Origin: Acidobacteriota bacterium
GTDB taxonomy: Bacteria; Acidobacteriota; UBA890; WLXD01
Assembly: GCA_965248695.1 (NCBI GenBank)
Contig: CBDFKD010000002.1
Span: 3,168,001 to 3,232,000, forward strand
DNA: 64,000 nt
Direction: 5' to 3'
Below are positions 19,160 to 29,043 of this stretch, one piece after another (within the stretch, counting starts at the first letter, position 1; the number at the start of each line of letters is the position of its first letter). The notes below the pieces were generated by a model. It ran no database searches, was not told where the DNA came from, and was given only the letters and a program-made list of their open reading frames with translations. Made by a program: the position numbers and the translations under genes.

Positions 19160-20365
19160 CTAGCCGAGCTTCCTGAGGATCATGCACTTCAGGTAGCGGC
19201 TCTCGGGCATACCGATGCGAATCGGGTGATCGCTACTCTGGCCCCCCCGATGCACGAGGATCAGCTCGGCTCGCACATCAGCGGCCGCCTGCTCGATCAA
19301 TTCCAGGAAATCTGCCTCGCTGATGTGATAGGAGCAGCTCGAAGTCACCAGGTAGCCGCCGGGCCGCAGCAGCTTGAGGGCACGCAGGTTGATCTCCTTG
19401 TAGCCACCGCGCGCACTTTCTACCGCCGCCTTGTTCTTGGCGAACGCCGGCGGATCGAGCACGATCGTGTCGAAGCTTTCTCCGCGATCGACGAGCTCGC
19501 GTAGGTGATCGAAGACGTTGACGGCTCGCGCGTCGATGCTGGCCTCGTTGATGGCGGCGTTGCGCTCGATCGCCGCTACTGCTTCTTCGGAAATGTCGAG
19601 CGCCACCACCTCGTCACAGCTTGGAGCGAGCTGCAGCGCGAAGGCTCCCTGGTAGCTGAAGCAATCCAGTAGCCGTCCGCGGGCAACGGTGGCGGCAGCG
19701 GCGCGATTCTCCCGCTGATCAAGAAACAGACCGGTCTTCTGGCCGCCGTGGAGATCGACTTCCAGCTGCGCCTGGCCGTCGCGGATCTGCACGCGATCTG
19801 GAATCTCGCCATGCACAACATCCACACGGCGCTCCAACCCCTCGAGCGTACGTACCCGTCCATCGTTGCGCGCCAGGACGCCGGCCGGCGACAGGAGATC
19901 CACCAGCAACTCGACGATCTCGTCGGTGCGGCGGTCGATGCCCTGGGCGAGCGTCTGCACCACCAAATAGTCGCCGTAGCGGTCGACGATCAGCGCCGGC
20001 AGCCAATCAGCTTCGGCGTGCACCAGCCGGTAGGCGTCGGCGTCGATCTCGAGCGCCTGGCGGTAGTCGATCGCCGCCTGCAGGCGCTCGCGCCACAGCC
20101 GCAGATCCGGCCGCGGTCCGCGATCACAGAAGCGGCGTAGCGCGATCTGCGACGCGTCGCTATAGAGCGCGTAGCCGACGTCACGGCCGCGCGGTCCCCT
20201 AACGCGAACGAGATCTCCGGACGCCGCTTTGATCTCGTGCAGATCGCTACGGTAGATCCACGGGTGCGACCCGTTGGCACGGCGGGCGCCTCGACGGGTA
20301 AGCACGACCTGAGGCTGCGTCGGCGTCTCGACGTGGGTTTCGCTCTCGGCGCTCGGCTCGACCAT
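19160..20365 (-). CDS. rlmI: Class I SAM-dependent rRNA methyltransferase (RlmI family, PUA domain)
   Basis: HPWIYRS, LIVDRYG, GQKTGLFLDQRENR, LDCFSYQGAF, LDPPAFAK and YLK motifs. Confidence 0.88.
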   Translation of the reverse strand: MVEPSAESETHVETPTQPQVVLTRRGARRANGSHPWIYRSDLHEIKAASGDLVRVRGPRGRDVGYALYSDASQIALRRFCDRGPRPDLRLWRERLQAAIDYRQALEIDADAYRLVHAEADWLPALIVDRYGDYLVVQTLAQGIDRRTDEIVELLVDLLSPAGVLARNDGRVRTLEGLERRVDVVHGEIPDRVQIRDGQAQLEVDLHGGQKTGLFLDQRENRAAAATVARGRLLDCFSYQGAFALQLAPSCDEVVALDISEEAVAAIERNAAINEASIDARAVNVFDHLRELVDRGESFDTIVLDPPAFAKNKAAVESARGGYKEINLRALKLLRPGGYLVTSSCSYHISEADFLELIEQAAADVRAELILVHRGGQSSDHPIRIGMPESRYLKCMILRKLG

Positions 20366-20440
20366 GATGGCGCCACACTAGCACCCCCGGCGAACGCGAC
20401 TTCACACGTTGTCGGGCGACGCGTTGCCGGGATCGAAACG

Positions 20441-23152
20441 CTACTCGGATCGCAGTGCCTGAACCGGATCCACCCGTGACGCCCCTCGCGCCGGGAGCCA
20501 GTTCGCCACCAGAGCTGTGACTAGCAACAGGGCGATGCCACCACCGAACGCAACCGGGTCGAGCGGGCTGATGCCGAAGAGTAGGCTGCGCAGGAAACGC
20601 GTCAGCAGCAAAGCGAGGACGAGGCCCATGCCGAGCCCGATCAACGGAGCGCGCATCCCCTGCCCGACCATCAAGCGGCGCACGTCGGAGACATCGGCGC
20701 CGAGCGCCATTCGCACGCCGATCTCGCGCGTGCGCTGGCCGGCGACCTGCGCGGTGACCCCGTACATGCCCACCGCCGCCAGCAACATGGCTACGATCCC
20801 CAGCAATCCACCGACGATGGCGGCAACGCGCTGCGGGAGGTAGGCGATCTCGACGTACTCCCGTAGCGACAGCACCTGTAACACGGGCATGTCCGGGGCC
20901 AACTCGTGCGCGAAGCTCCGTACCTGTGCCAGCGCGAGCTGCGGTGTCTCCGTCAGGCGCACCAGCAAGTTGGTCTGCGGTCGGTAGGCCTGGGCGACGG
21001 GGAGGTAAACGAAGAACTCCGGATCCTCGGTCAGGGAGGCGTATTTCGCGTCTGCAGCCACGCCGCGGACGGTGTACATGGCGCCTCCCATGTCGAACTC
21101 CTGTCCCGGCGCTTGCCGGCCGGGCCAGAAAAACTCGGCCGTGCGGGCATTGATGACCGCCATGGAAAGCGTTCCATCGATGTCGCCATCATCGAAGTCT
21201 CCGCCCTGCACCAGCGGCATGTCGACGGTCTCGAAGTAGCCGGGCGATACGATGTTGACGTTCGCTGGCCAGGCGCCGTCGTCAACAGGCGGATCGACAC
21301 CGTCGACGGTGATGCCGCCAAACCCGATCCTGGCGCTGAGCCCGAGCGGCAGCAGCGCCGTGAACGACGCCGCCTCCACACCGGGGAGCCCCAGAGTGCG
21401 TCGGCGAAGCTCCCGCAGCATATCCAGCGCCTCCGTCGGCTCGAGTCCACTGAGGTTTCCGTTCAGCGCCAGCGCATAGACATCCGTCGGGTCGAAGCCG
21501 ATCTGAATCGAAGCCGCGTCGTTCAGTGCCCGCAAGAAGAGCCCCGAGCCGACGATCAACAGCACCGTCAACGCGACCTGAGCTACGACCAGCGCCCGGC
21601 GCCCGCGCGCGCGGTCGGTAACCACCCAGCTGCCGCCGTCCTTGAGCGCACCGACCAGCTCGCCGCGGGAGGCACGCAGTGCCGGTCCGAGACCGAACAA
21701 CACGCCGGTGAGCACGGTGACGGCGAGCGAGAAGCCCAGCACGCGGGCGTCGATCGATGCGTCGAACACCACGTCGAAGGGCGGTGGCGTCGGAGGATCG
21801 AACGCCAGCAGCAGCCGTGTGGACCAGAACGCCGCCAGCACGCCGACGGCGCCACCTGCACCGAACAGCACCAGGTTTTCGGTGAGCAACTGGCGCAGCA
21901 ATCGGCCGCGGCTGGCGCCCACCGCAAGTCGGACGGCCACCTCGCGCCCGCGCTCCAGTGAGCGGGCCAGCATCATGCCGGCCACGTTGACGCAGGCAAC
22001 CAACAGCACCAGACCGACAACCACCATCATCACGAGCATGAAGATGCGGGCACCGGAGCGCGCCATAACCGGCAAGGTGCCGAGCACGTTGACCACCGCC
22101 CCCTGGCCCTCCAGGGCCTCCGGATGCTCAGCGACCGCAGCCGCCATGATCTCGCCAAGCTCGGCTTGGGACGCTTCGATAGAGAAGTCGTCTCTCAGCT
22201 TGCCCACCGCGAGCAGGAAGTTGCTCGGCCAGCTCTCGAGCGACGCGTCGGTAATCAGACCCGACGCCTGCATCCCTATCGGCACCCAGGCGTCGACATG
22301 CAGCAACGAGAACGTTCCGGCGAATCCCGCTTCGGCGATGCCGACGACAACCGCCGGAACGCCGTTGATACGAACCTCACGCCCGACGACTTCGGGGTCG
22401 CGCTGATAGCGGCGCGCCCACAACGAATCGCTGATCACGACCAGCGCGACGCCGCTCCCGGGGCCCGTCTCCTCCGGTCTGAAGGCGCGCCCCTGGGTGA
22501 GCTGAACACCGAGCACGTCGAAGTAGTTGTCGGTCACCTGGGCGCCCAGCACCGCCTCGGCCGCGGATCCGCCGCCGATGGCCATCGGTGCCAGTGTCCA
22601 GCCGGCGATCTCGGTCGTGCGACTGCCGGTCCGGAGAGCATCGAGGGACGGGTAGCCGAAGGTGTCGGAATCGCGCCCGTCCTGACTCCGACCGACCTCG
22701 AGGAGACACTCAGGCTCGGCTACGCCCGGCAGCGGGCGCAGCAGGATACCGTTCGCCAGACTGAAGATCGTCGTGTTGGCGCCGACGCCGACGGCGACGC
22801 ACAGAACCGCGGCCACGGTAAATCCAGGGCTCGCCGCCAGCCGCCGCACGGCGTATCTGAGATCACTCGACAGCGGGTCCACGCTGTACTCCTTCGAGTC
22901 GGCGACGGTGATTTTCGGTGACGTCAGCGATCGTCGGGTCGAGCCCGATGACGTGAGGTATCGGCGCGTCTGTCGCAGCGATCCGAGAACGTGCCGCCAG
23001 TACCAGAGCCGGGCGCGGAGCCAGCCACGTCGCGGTAGCACGTCGCGGCGGAACTCCTCTTCGATGTCGCCAAGCACGAACTCGTGGGCGTCGGGCCGCG
23101 CTAGCAGACGGAACAGCAGACGGACGATCCGGTTGCTCGATCGGGGTCGCAA
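20441..23152 (-). CDS. ADOP-type duplicated ABC permease (MacB_PCD/FtsX x2)
   Basis: DLRYAVRRL..SPGFT...GANTTIFS, LLVACVNVA..REVAVRLAVGA, QRTREIGVRMALGA and ASRVDPVQALRSE motifs; TTG start with GGAGAG RBS. Confidence 0.92.
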   Translation of the reverse strand: MRPRSSNRIVRLLFRLLARPDAHEFVLGDIEEEFRRDVLPRRGWLRARLWYWRHVLGSLRQTRRYLTSSGSTRRSLTSPKITVADSKEYSVDPLSSDLRYAVRRLAASPGFTVAAVLCVAVGVGANTTIFSLANGILLRPLPGVAEPECLLEVGRSQDGRDSDTFGYPSLDALRTGSRTTEIAGWTLAPMAIGGGSAAEAVLGAQVTDNYFDVLGVQLTQGRAFRPEETGPGSGVALVVISDSLWARRYQRDPEVVGREVRINGVPAVVVGIAEAGFAGTFSLLHVDAWVPIGMQASGLITDASLESWPSNFLLAVGKLRDDFSIEASQAELGEIMAAAVAEHPEALEGQGAVVNVLGTLPVMARSGARIFMLVMMVVVGLVLLVACVNVAGMMLARSLERGREVAVRLAVGASRGRLLRQLLTENLVLFGAGGAVGVLAAFWSTRLLLAFDPPTPPPFDVVFDASIDARVLGFSLAVTVLTGVLFGLGPALRASRGELVGALKDGGSWVVTDRARGRRALVVAQVALTVLLIVGSGLFLRALNDAASIQIGFDPTDVYALALNGNLSGLEPTEALDMLRELRRRTLGLPGVEAASFTALLPLGLSARIGFGGITVDGVDPPVDDGAWPANVNIVSPGYFETVDMPLVQGGDFDDGDIDGTLSMAVINARTAEFFWPGRQAPGQEFDMGGAMYTVRGVAADAKYASLTEDPEFFVYLPVAQAYRPQTNLLVRLTETPQLALAQVRSFAHELAPDMPVLQVLSLREYVEIAYLPQRVAAIVGGLLGIVAMLLAAVGMYGVTAQVAGQRTREIGVRMALGADVSDVRRLMVGQGMRAPLIGLGMGLVLALLLTRFLRSLLFGISPLDPVAFGGGIALLLVTALVANWLPARGASRVDPVQALRSE

Positions 23153-23156
23153 GGGG

Positions 23157-23513
23157 TCAACTCTCCACGGGCGGATCAGCCGCCGGGACCGCCCGATAAA
23201 GCTCCTCGAGCATCCCATCCGCCATGGCGTGCAGCTGATCGTAGGAGCGCTGCAGCATCGCTGCTCCGACGGCTGTCGGGCGGTAGTATTTGCGGCGGCG
23301 ACCGCCGCGCAACGCCGTCGGCTCGCCGACGCGTGAGCTCACGAACCCGCGCGCCTCCAGGCGTCCGAGAGCCGTGTAGATCGCACCGGCGGTGACCGAT
23401 CGGCCGGTGCGCGCCTCGATCTCCTGACGCACCGTGACCCCGTACGCGTCGTCACGCAATCGTAGCAACGCAAACAGAATAAGCTGCTCGAACTCACCGA
23501 GATGACTGGCCAC
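23157..23513 (-). CDS. PadR family transcriptional regulator (acidobacterial type)
   Basis: LGEFEQLILFALLRL..AYGVTVRQEI...GAIYTALGRLE..G...GGRRRKYY. Confidence 0.92.
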   Translation of the reverse strand: MASHLGEFEQLILFALLRLRDDAYGVTVRQEIEARTGRSVTAGAIYTALGRLEARGFVSSRVGEPTALRGGRRRKYYRPTAVGAAMLQRSYDQLHAMADGMLEELYRAVPAADPPVES

Positions 23514-23524
23514 AGATCCTCATA

Positions 23525-23562
23525 ACTACAGTGTAGGGATTATATATCAACCACACTGTAGT
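23525..23562. promoter_or_regulatory. Inverted-repeat operator upstream of padR
   Basis: ACTACAGTGT-N18-ACACTGTAGT, a perfect 10-bp IR in an AT-rich patch 12 bp upstream of the start. Confidence 0.6.
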
Positions 23563-23686
23563 CCTTATACTGAGCCTGAGCAAGTGACCCACGCGACACC
23601 ATCGGCTGAGCCCGACGATGGCGCCAGCGTTGTCGCCTGAGCCCCGACGATGCGGCTGCGTTGAACGAGCTATCGAAACTGTCGCC

Positions 23687-23828
23687 GGGCGGAGAGGACA
23701 CGCATCGCCCTACGGCAACATCGCCAAACCAATCGCTCGACCACTGACACCCAGGACGCGCGAGCAAGAGCACTCACCAGCCACCAAACGATGACGTTGC
23801 CTTAGGGCGATGCGTGTCCTCTCCGCCC
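23687..23828. repeat. REP doublet (REPIN-like, GTAG type)
   Basis: 36-bp inverted arms at 23687-23722 and 23793-23828 (2 mismatches); one arm reads GTAG-GGCG...CGCC. Confidence 0.65.
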
Positions 23829-23853
23829 CAGCAACCCGTCCGCGAACCACCGA

Positions 23854-24924
23854 CTAGCCGTCGCCTCCCCAATACCTCGAGATCACCTGCCGCATAGCCG
23901 GGCTCGACATCTCGAAGTCACGCGGGCGCGCATCGCCGGGGAACCACTTCCACAGGAATCCCCCCACGACGCTCGGCTCGGCCTGCATGGCCTGCAACGC
24001 AGCACGCATGCACCGACGCTGCAGCTCGTCGGCGTTCGGCCCGCCGACCTCGTAGGCCCAGGGCTCGTACGGTGCCCGGGCCGAGCGGTTGTAACCCAGC
24101 TCGGTGAACACGACCGTCTTGCCATACCGCTCGCTGAAGGCGCGCATGCGGTGCATGATGCGCGTCCAACCGGCGTCGAACGCCTCTTGCGGCGGTAGGC
24201 CAGCGAGATCCCTACCATCCTCGAGTACTGGAAAGTACGCCTGCACGCCGATGGCATCGAGGGCGTCCCAGAACGGGATGCGCTCGTAGTCCGTCCAGTT
24301 GGCCGCATAGGTGAGCGGCCCGGTGTACTGCGTCCGAACCGCGCGGATCACCTCGCGCCAGTCGGCCTCGTGGCCCACTGTCTTGTCGAGCTCGGTTCCC
24401 ACCGCGAACCCGTCGGCGTCGTGGCTGAACCGGGCGATCTCCGCTACCCAGCGGCGGTAGTCATCGAAAAACCTGCGCCAATCGGCGTCGCTATCGAAGG
24501 CGATCTCACCGCGCCAGGAGAAATTCCCCCAGTGACCCAGGTGCGGCTTGATGAAGATCTTCAGGCCCTGACGATGGGCTTCCTCGATCGGCCGCCGCAA
24601 CCAGATCGGCGCGCTCGAGGCATCCTCACCGGTGCGCCTCCAGGTGACCGAGCCGTCGTGGCCAATGCGCGCATACGGGTGGATGGAGATCCAGTTCACC
24701 CCGAGCTGCTTGAGCTCGGAAATGGTGCCGACGATCGCGTCCTTGCCCCACTCGGCGCTGCCGCGCGGGGTCGAGACGGTCATGCCGTTGATGTTCTCTC
24801 CCTGCACCGCAAGCGACGCTGGAGAATCGGCGCCGGTGACCCCCGCTCCGGGGAGCAAAAGGGCGCCCAGCAGCAGCAGCAGCGTGCCGATAGCCCGGAC
24901 CTGGCGACAACGGCGTTTGACCAT
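23854..24924 (-). CDS. Secreted glycoside hydrolase, GH113-like TIM barrel
   Basis: Signal peptide; LGVNWISI, IFIKPHL, WRGEI, VGTEL, YAANW, IGVQAYFP and FTELGY motifs. Confidence 0.85.
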   Translation of the reverse strand: MVKRRCRQVRAIGTLLLLLGALLLPGAGVTGADSPASLAVQGENINGMTVSTPRGSAEWGKDAIVGTISELKQLGVNWISIHPYARIGHDGSVTWRRTGEDASSAPIWLRRPIEEAHRQGLKIFIKPHLGHWGNFSWRGEIAFDSDADWRRFFDDYRRWVAEIARFSHDADGFAVGTELDKTVGHEADWREVIRAVRTQYTGPLTYAANWTDYERIPFWDALDAIGVQAYFPVLEDGRDLAGLPPQEAFDAGWTRIMHRMRAFSERYGKTVVFTELGYNRSARAPYEPWAYEVGGPNADELQRRCMRAALQAMQAEPSVVGGFLWKWFPGDARPRDFEMSSPAMRQVISRYWGGDG

Positions 24925-25060
24925 GACGGCTGAGGATATCAGCCGGGCAGCGACACACGAGCACCGGGGGTCCTTCGTGCCAGGGCGGGGGCCTTGCAAC
25001 CTCGGGCCGCTGACCGGCGTCCAACTTGCAGAGACCACGCCCCAGACCATGGAGCAAACC

Positions 25061-26080
25061 ATGCCTCGTAGCCGTGCCGCCCGTTCACGCCTGATGGGAG
25101 TCGCCGCGACCACTGTTGGTGCGTTGCTGTTCGCCGCGCCGGCGCCGGCGCGGGAGACTCGCGAGCTCGTCATGAGCGCCGAGTTCGACACCCGGCCCGG
25201 TGGTCGCTTGACGATCGACGTTCCCGACGCCGACCTGGTGCTGCGCAACGGTGCCGGCGACCAGGTGGCGTTCGAGATCTACGTCACCGCGCGCGACATG
25301 CAGCGCGGCCGCGCTCGGTTCGAGGCGATGAACTTCCGCGCCGATGGGTAATGCCGACGAGGTCAGCCTGCGGGCCGACAGGGAACGCAACGTCGACTGG
25401 GACTGGCGCAACTGGGGCGGCTTTACGATCACCGTCGAGGTCACGTTGCCCGAGGAGTACAACGCCGACGTACGCACCGAAGATGAAGCGACGTTGCGGT
25501 TCAGAGCCTGCGGGGCGATGTTCGGTTGCGGTCCTCGGATGGCGACATCAGCGCCGATAGCCTCACCGGCGACATCGTCATTCACACTTCGGACGGGGAT
25601 ATTGGCGTGCGCCGGATGGTCGGCGGCCAAATCGAGATCGCTACGTCCGACGGCGATGTGAGCCTCGGTGATCTGCAGGCAACCCGCATCGTGATCGATA
25701 CGTCCGACGGAGACATCAGCAGCGATCGCCTGGCGGCGGATGGGATCGAGGCGCATACCAGCGACGGGGATATCGTGGTGAGCGCGGTTGCCGGACCGAT
25801 CGAGGCGGAAACCAACGACGGCAACATCCACATCGGTATCGAACGACTCGGCGACACTAACCTCAGCAGCGGTGACGGCGACATCACCATTCGCGCCACG
25901 GACGGGCTGGCCGCCGACCTGGACATCCGCGGCTCGGACCTTTCGATGCGCAGTGAAGTACGCTTCGATGGCACGCTGGAACGCCGCGTCATCCGCGGCG
26001 CGCTCAACGGCGGCGGCCCGACGCTGACCGCCCGCACTCGCGACGGCAGCATCGTTCTGCGACTCCGCGAGCCGGAGTAG
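25061..26080 (+). pseudogene. DUF4097 beta-strand repeat secreted protein, interrupted by two frameshifts
   Basis: Signal peptide and repeated xTSDGDI motifs; extra G at ~25347 and two extra bases at ~25487. May be a sequencing error. Confidence 0.75.
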
Positions 26081-26131
26081 CGATAGGTCCGCAGCGGTGA
26101 GGGGCGTGACAGCCTGAACCAGGCCGCCAGC

Positions 26132-26647
26132 TCAGTCGGCCGCGGTCGAGTCGAAAACCTCGCGTGCCCTCTGGTGCAGGCGCTCCTGCGCCTCCTCGAC
26201 CTCGCGCAGCGCCTCGCGCAGCCGCTCGAGCTCGTCGGCCCGGACAGCGAGCCCCTCGCGTATGAACAGCGCCGCCGCCTCGGAGCGGCTCTTCACCGCG
26301 CCGGTCTTGACCCAGTCGTCGAGCCGGTTACGGGTCTCCTCGTCGACCCGCACCATGACCACCTGATCACGCTGCGTCTCGCTCATCTCCTCGGCGCTTG
26401 ACTTCAGGTCGGGCGACACGCAGACCACTTTGATCGCGTCGCCGATTTCGCCCAGGTCAACCAGCAGGTCGTCGAGGTTGTCGATCCCGAGGTCCTCTAA
26501 GCCGCGGCCGGCGCTCACTTCGATGTACACGCCGTTATCGGCGAGCTTGCGGCGAATCCGCCTCCAGAGACTGTCGGGCTGGTCGTTCGAATGGCCGCTG
26601 TGCTGACCCTGTCCTTGTTCTTCCGTCTGACGCGTCTTGTCGGTCAT
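26132..26647 (-). CDS. Hypothetical protein with a C-terminal ribbon-helix-helix (CopG-like) domain and coiled coil
   Basis: VVMVRVDEETRNRLDDWVKTGAVKSRSEAAALFIREGL; GGAG RBS. Confidence 0.7.
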   Translation of the reverse strand: MTDKTRQTEEQGQGQHSGHSNDQPDSLWRRIRRKLADNGVYIEVSAGRGLEDLGIDNLDDLLVDLGEIGDAIKVVCVSPDLKSSAEEMSETQRDQVVMVRVDEETRNRLDDWVKTGAVKSRSEAAALFIREGLAVRADELERLREALREVEEAQERLHQRAREVFDSTAAD

Positions 26648-26773
26648 GCGCCGCTCTCCGTTGGCATCCGGGCTGGACGGCAATCCCGCGATGTCCAGAA
26701 CTCGGTGTGGCGAAAACTCCGCTGTGGCAAATCCTCTTGATGCTGGTATCGACGTATCTTGCATGTTTGTATT

Positions 26774-26785
26774 ATGTAATTACAT
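26774..26785. promoter_or_regulatory. Perfect 12-bp palindrome, candidate operator
   Basis: ATGTAATTACAT, with extra TTACA/TGTAA copies, in the divergent intergenic region. Confidence 0.5.
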
Positions 26786-26928
26786 TACAACTGTAACGGA
26801 GGCGCGCCACGTCGTCAAGCGGGCGAGCCCTGCTAACCTGGCGGGCCAACCTCCTGGGGCGCTTGCTTCGACGCCGTCCGGTGCCCCAGGACGGCAAACC
26901 GAAGAACCTGCCTCCGGAGGACCCCTCG

Positions 26929-28971
26929 ATGCACCGAGCACTCTTTGTCGTCTGTCTTTGCCTCGCGCCGGGCCTCAACAGCGTCGCCGTCGAGGGTGTC
27001 GCCCAGGACGATGTCTCGCGGCTCACGCTGCGCGATCTGTTCGAGCTCGAAACCGTCAGCGACCCCCAGATCTCGCCGGACGGGTCACGCGTGGTGTACG
27101 TGCGTCGGTTCGCCGATATCCAGACGGACCGCTTCTACAGCAATCTGTGGATCGTCGATGTCAACGGTGCCAACCACCGTCCATTGACGACAGGCAAGCA
27201 AAATGACGCCTCGCCCCGCTGGTCACCTTCCGGGGATCGCCTCGCCTACGTGTCGGCGGCGGAGGGCTCCTCGCAGATCTGGCTGCGCTACATGGATACC
27301 GGCCAGACGTCCGAGCTGACCCATCACGATCAGGCTCCGAGCGGTCTGGCATGGTCGCCGGACGGCGAGCAGCTGGCGTTCTCGGCGTTGGTGGCCGTAG
27401 CACCTCCGCAGATCGCCGATCTCCTTGCCGCCCCGGAGGGCGCTGAATGGGCCGCGCCGGCGAAGGTGATCGACCGGCTGTTCTACCGCTTCGACCCGGT
27501 CGGGTTCTTGCCGCGCGGCGACTGGAAGCTGTTCGTCGTCCCGGCCGAGGGCGGTACTGCCCGCCAAGTCACTCAGGGCCCGGGCTCGTTCGGCGGCCCA
27601 GGCTTCGGCGGCTCGCAGATCGTCTGGTCCGCCGACGCCGCTTCGCTGTTGATCTCGGCAAACCTGAGACCCGAAGCCGACCTCGAGCCGCTCGACTACG
27701 AGGTGTACGAGGTCGATCTCACCTCCGGCGCGGCGACCGCGCTGACGAGTCGACACGGCCCAGACAACTCGATCGCCCGTTCCCCGGACGGCGACACGAT
27801 CGCCTACGTAGGCTTTGACGACCGGTACCAGGGCTACCAGCTGACCGAGCTGTATGTGGCCGATGGGGACGGCGGCTCAGCACGCGTGTTGACCGGAGAT
27901 CTCGGGAGAAGCGTCGCGTCGCCGCAATTCTCCGCCGATGGCCGTGAGATCTTCTTCACCTACACCTCGGAAGGACGCAGCCGGCTCGCCAGCATCGACC
28001 TCGACGGCGAGATGATGGACCACGTGAGCGACGCTGGCGGCGGCTGGAGCGCCTACGCCGGGGGGCCCGGCTACAGCCTGGCGAACGACGGTACCTTCGC
28101 CTTCGTGATGTCGAGCGCCGAATCACCCGGAGATATCGCGGTCGGCCGGCGCGGTGTGCCAGCGCGGCGCCTCACCGAAGTCAACTCAGACGTCCTGAGG
28201 CACAAGGAGCAGGGCGAGCTCGAGGAGATTTGGTTTGACTCGTCGCACGACGGGCGGCGAGTACAGGGTTGGATTCTGAAGCCGCCGGGATTCGATCCAG
28301 CGCGGAGATACCCGCTCATCCTCGAGATTCACGGCCCGCGATGGGATGCGGAGAAGCAGCTCATGGCGGCGTCGGGATACGTCGTGCTCTACACCAACCC
28401 GCGTGGGAGCACGAGCTACGGCGAGGAGTTCGGCAACCTCATCCACCACGCCTACCCGGGCGACGATTTCCACGACCTGATGTCGGGTGTGGACGCCGTC
28501 ATCCAGCGCGGCTACGTTGATCCGGACCAGCTTTTCGTCACCGGTGGCAGCGGCGGCGGTGTGCTGACCTCCTGGATCATCGGTCGTACGGACCGTTTCC
28601 GTGCCGCGGTCACCGTTTACCCGGTGATCAACTGGTACAGCTGGGTGCTGAGCGCAGACATCTCGGCGTTCGGGGTCAAGTACTGGTTCCCCGGTCTACC
28701 CTGGGACTACCCGGAGCACTACGAGCAACGCAGCCTGCTGTCGGTGGTCAAGAACGTGACCACGCCGACAATGGTGCTCACCGGAGAGTCAGATTACCGC
28801 ACCCCCATGTCCGAGTCTGAGCAATACTTCGCGGCACTGAAGCTGCTCGACGTAGAGTCGGTGCTGGTTCGCGTCCCCGGCGAGAGCCACGGCATCCGAG
28901 GGCGACCGAGCCATTTCATGCAGAAGGTGGCGTACATCGTCGGCTGGATGGACAAACACGGCGGCGAGTAG
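26929..28971 (+). CDS. S9 family (acylaminoacyl-type) peptidase with PD40 propeller
   Basis: Signal peptide; WSPDG repeats; NPRGSTSYG; GGSGGG nucleophile, D (ESDYRT) and H (ESHGI). Confidence 0.92.
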   Translation: MHRALFVVCLCLAPGLNSVAVEGVAQDDVSRLTLRDLFELETVSDPQISPDGSRVVYVRRFADIQTDRFYSNLWIVDVNGANHRPLTTGKQNDASPRWSPSGDRLAYVSAAEGSSQIWLRYMDTGQTSELTHHDQAPSGLAWSPDGEQLAFSALVAVAPPQIADLLAAPEGAEWAAPAKVIDRLFYRFDPVGFLPRGDWKLFVVPAEGGTARQVTQGPGSFGGPGFGGSQIVWSADAASLLISANLRPEADLEPLDYEVYEVDLTSGAATALTSRHGPDNSIARSPDGDTIAYVGFDDRYQGYQLTELYVADGDGGSARVLTGDLGRSVASPQFSADGREIFFTYTSEGRSRLASIDLDGEMMDHVSDAGGGWSAYAGGPGYSLANDGTFAFVMSSAESPGDIAVGRRGVPARRLTEVNSDVLRHKEQGELEEIWFDSSHDGRRVQGWILKPPGFDPARRYPLILEIHGPRWDAEKQLMAASGYVVLYTNPRGSTSYGEEFGNLIHHAYPGDDFHDLMSGVDAVIQRGYVDPDQLFVTGGSGGGVLTSWIIGRTDRFRAAVTVYPVINWYSWVLSADISAFGVKYWFPGLPWDYPEHYEQRSLLSVVKNVTTPTMVLTGESDYRTPMSESEQYFAALKLLDVESVLVRVPGESHGIRGRPSHFMQKVAYIVGWMDKHGGE

Positions 28972-29043
28972 AACGCGACAGAACCGCCAGCAGAAACCAC
29001 CCGGACCACGGCACGCGGAGCGCAACCCCAGGAGTCGATTCGA

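Noticed and set aside
25526-25900. Periodic GACGGxGAxATC repeats
   Set aside because: Explained by the DUF4097 TSDGDI protein repeat.
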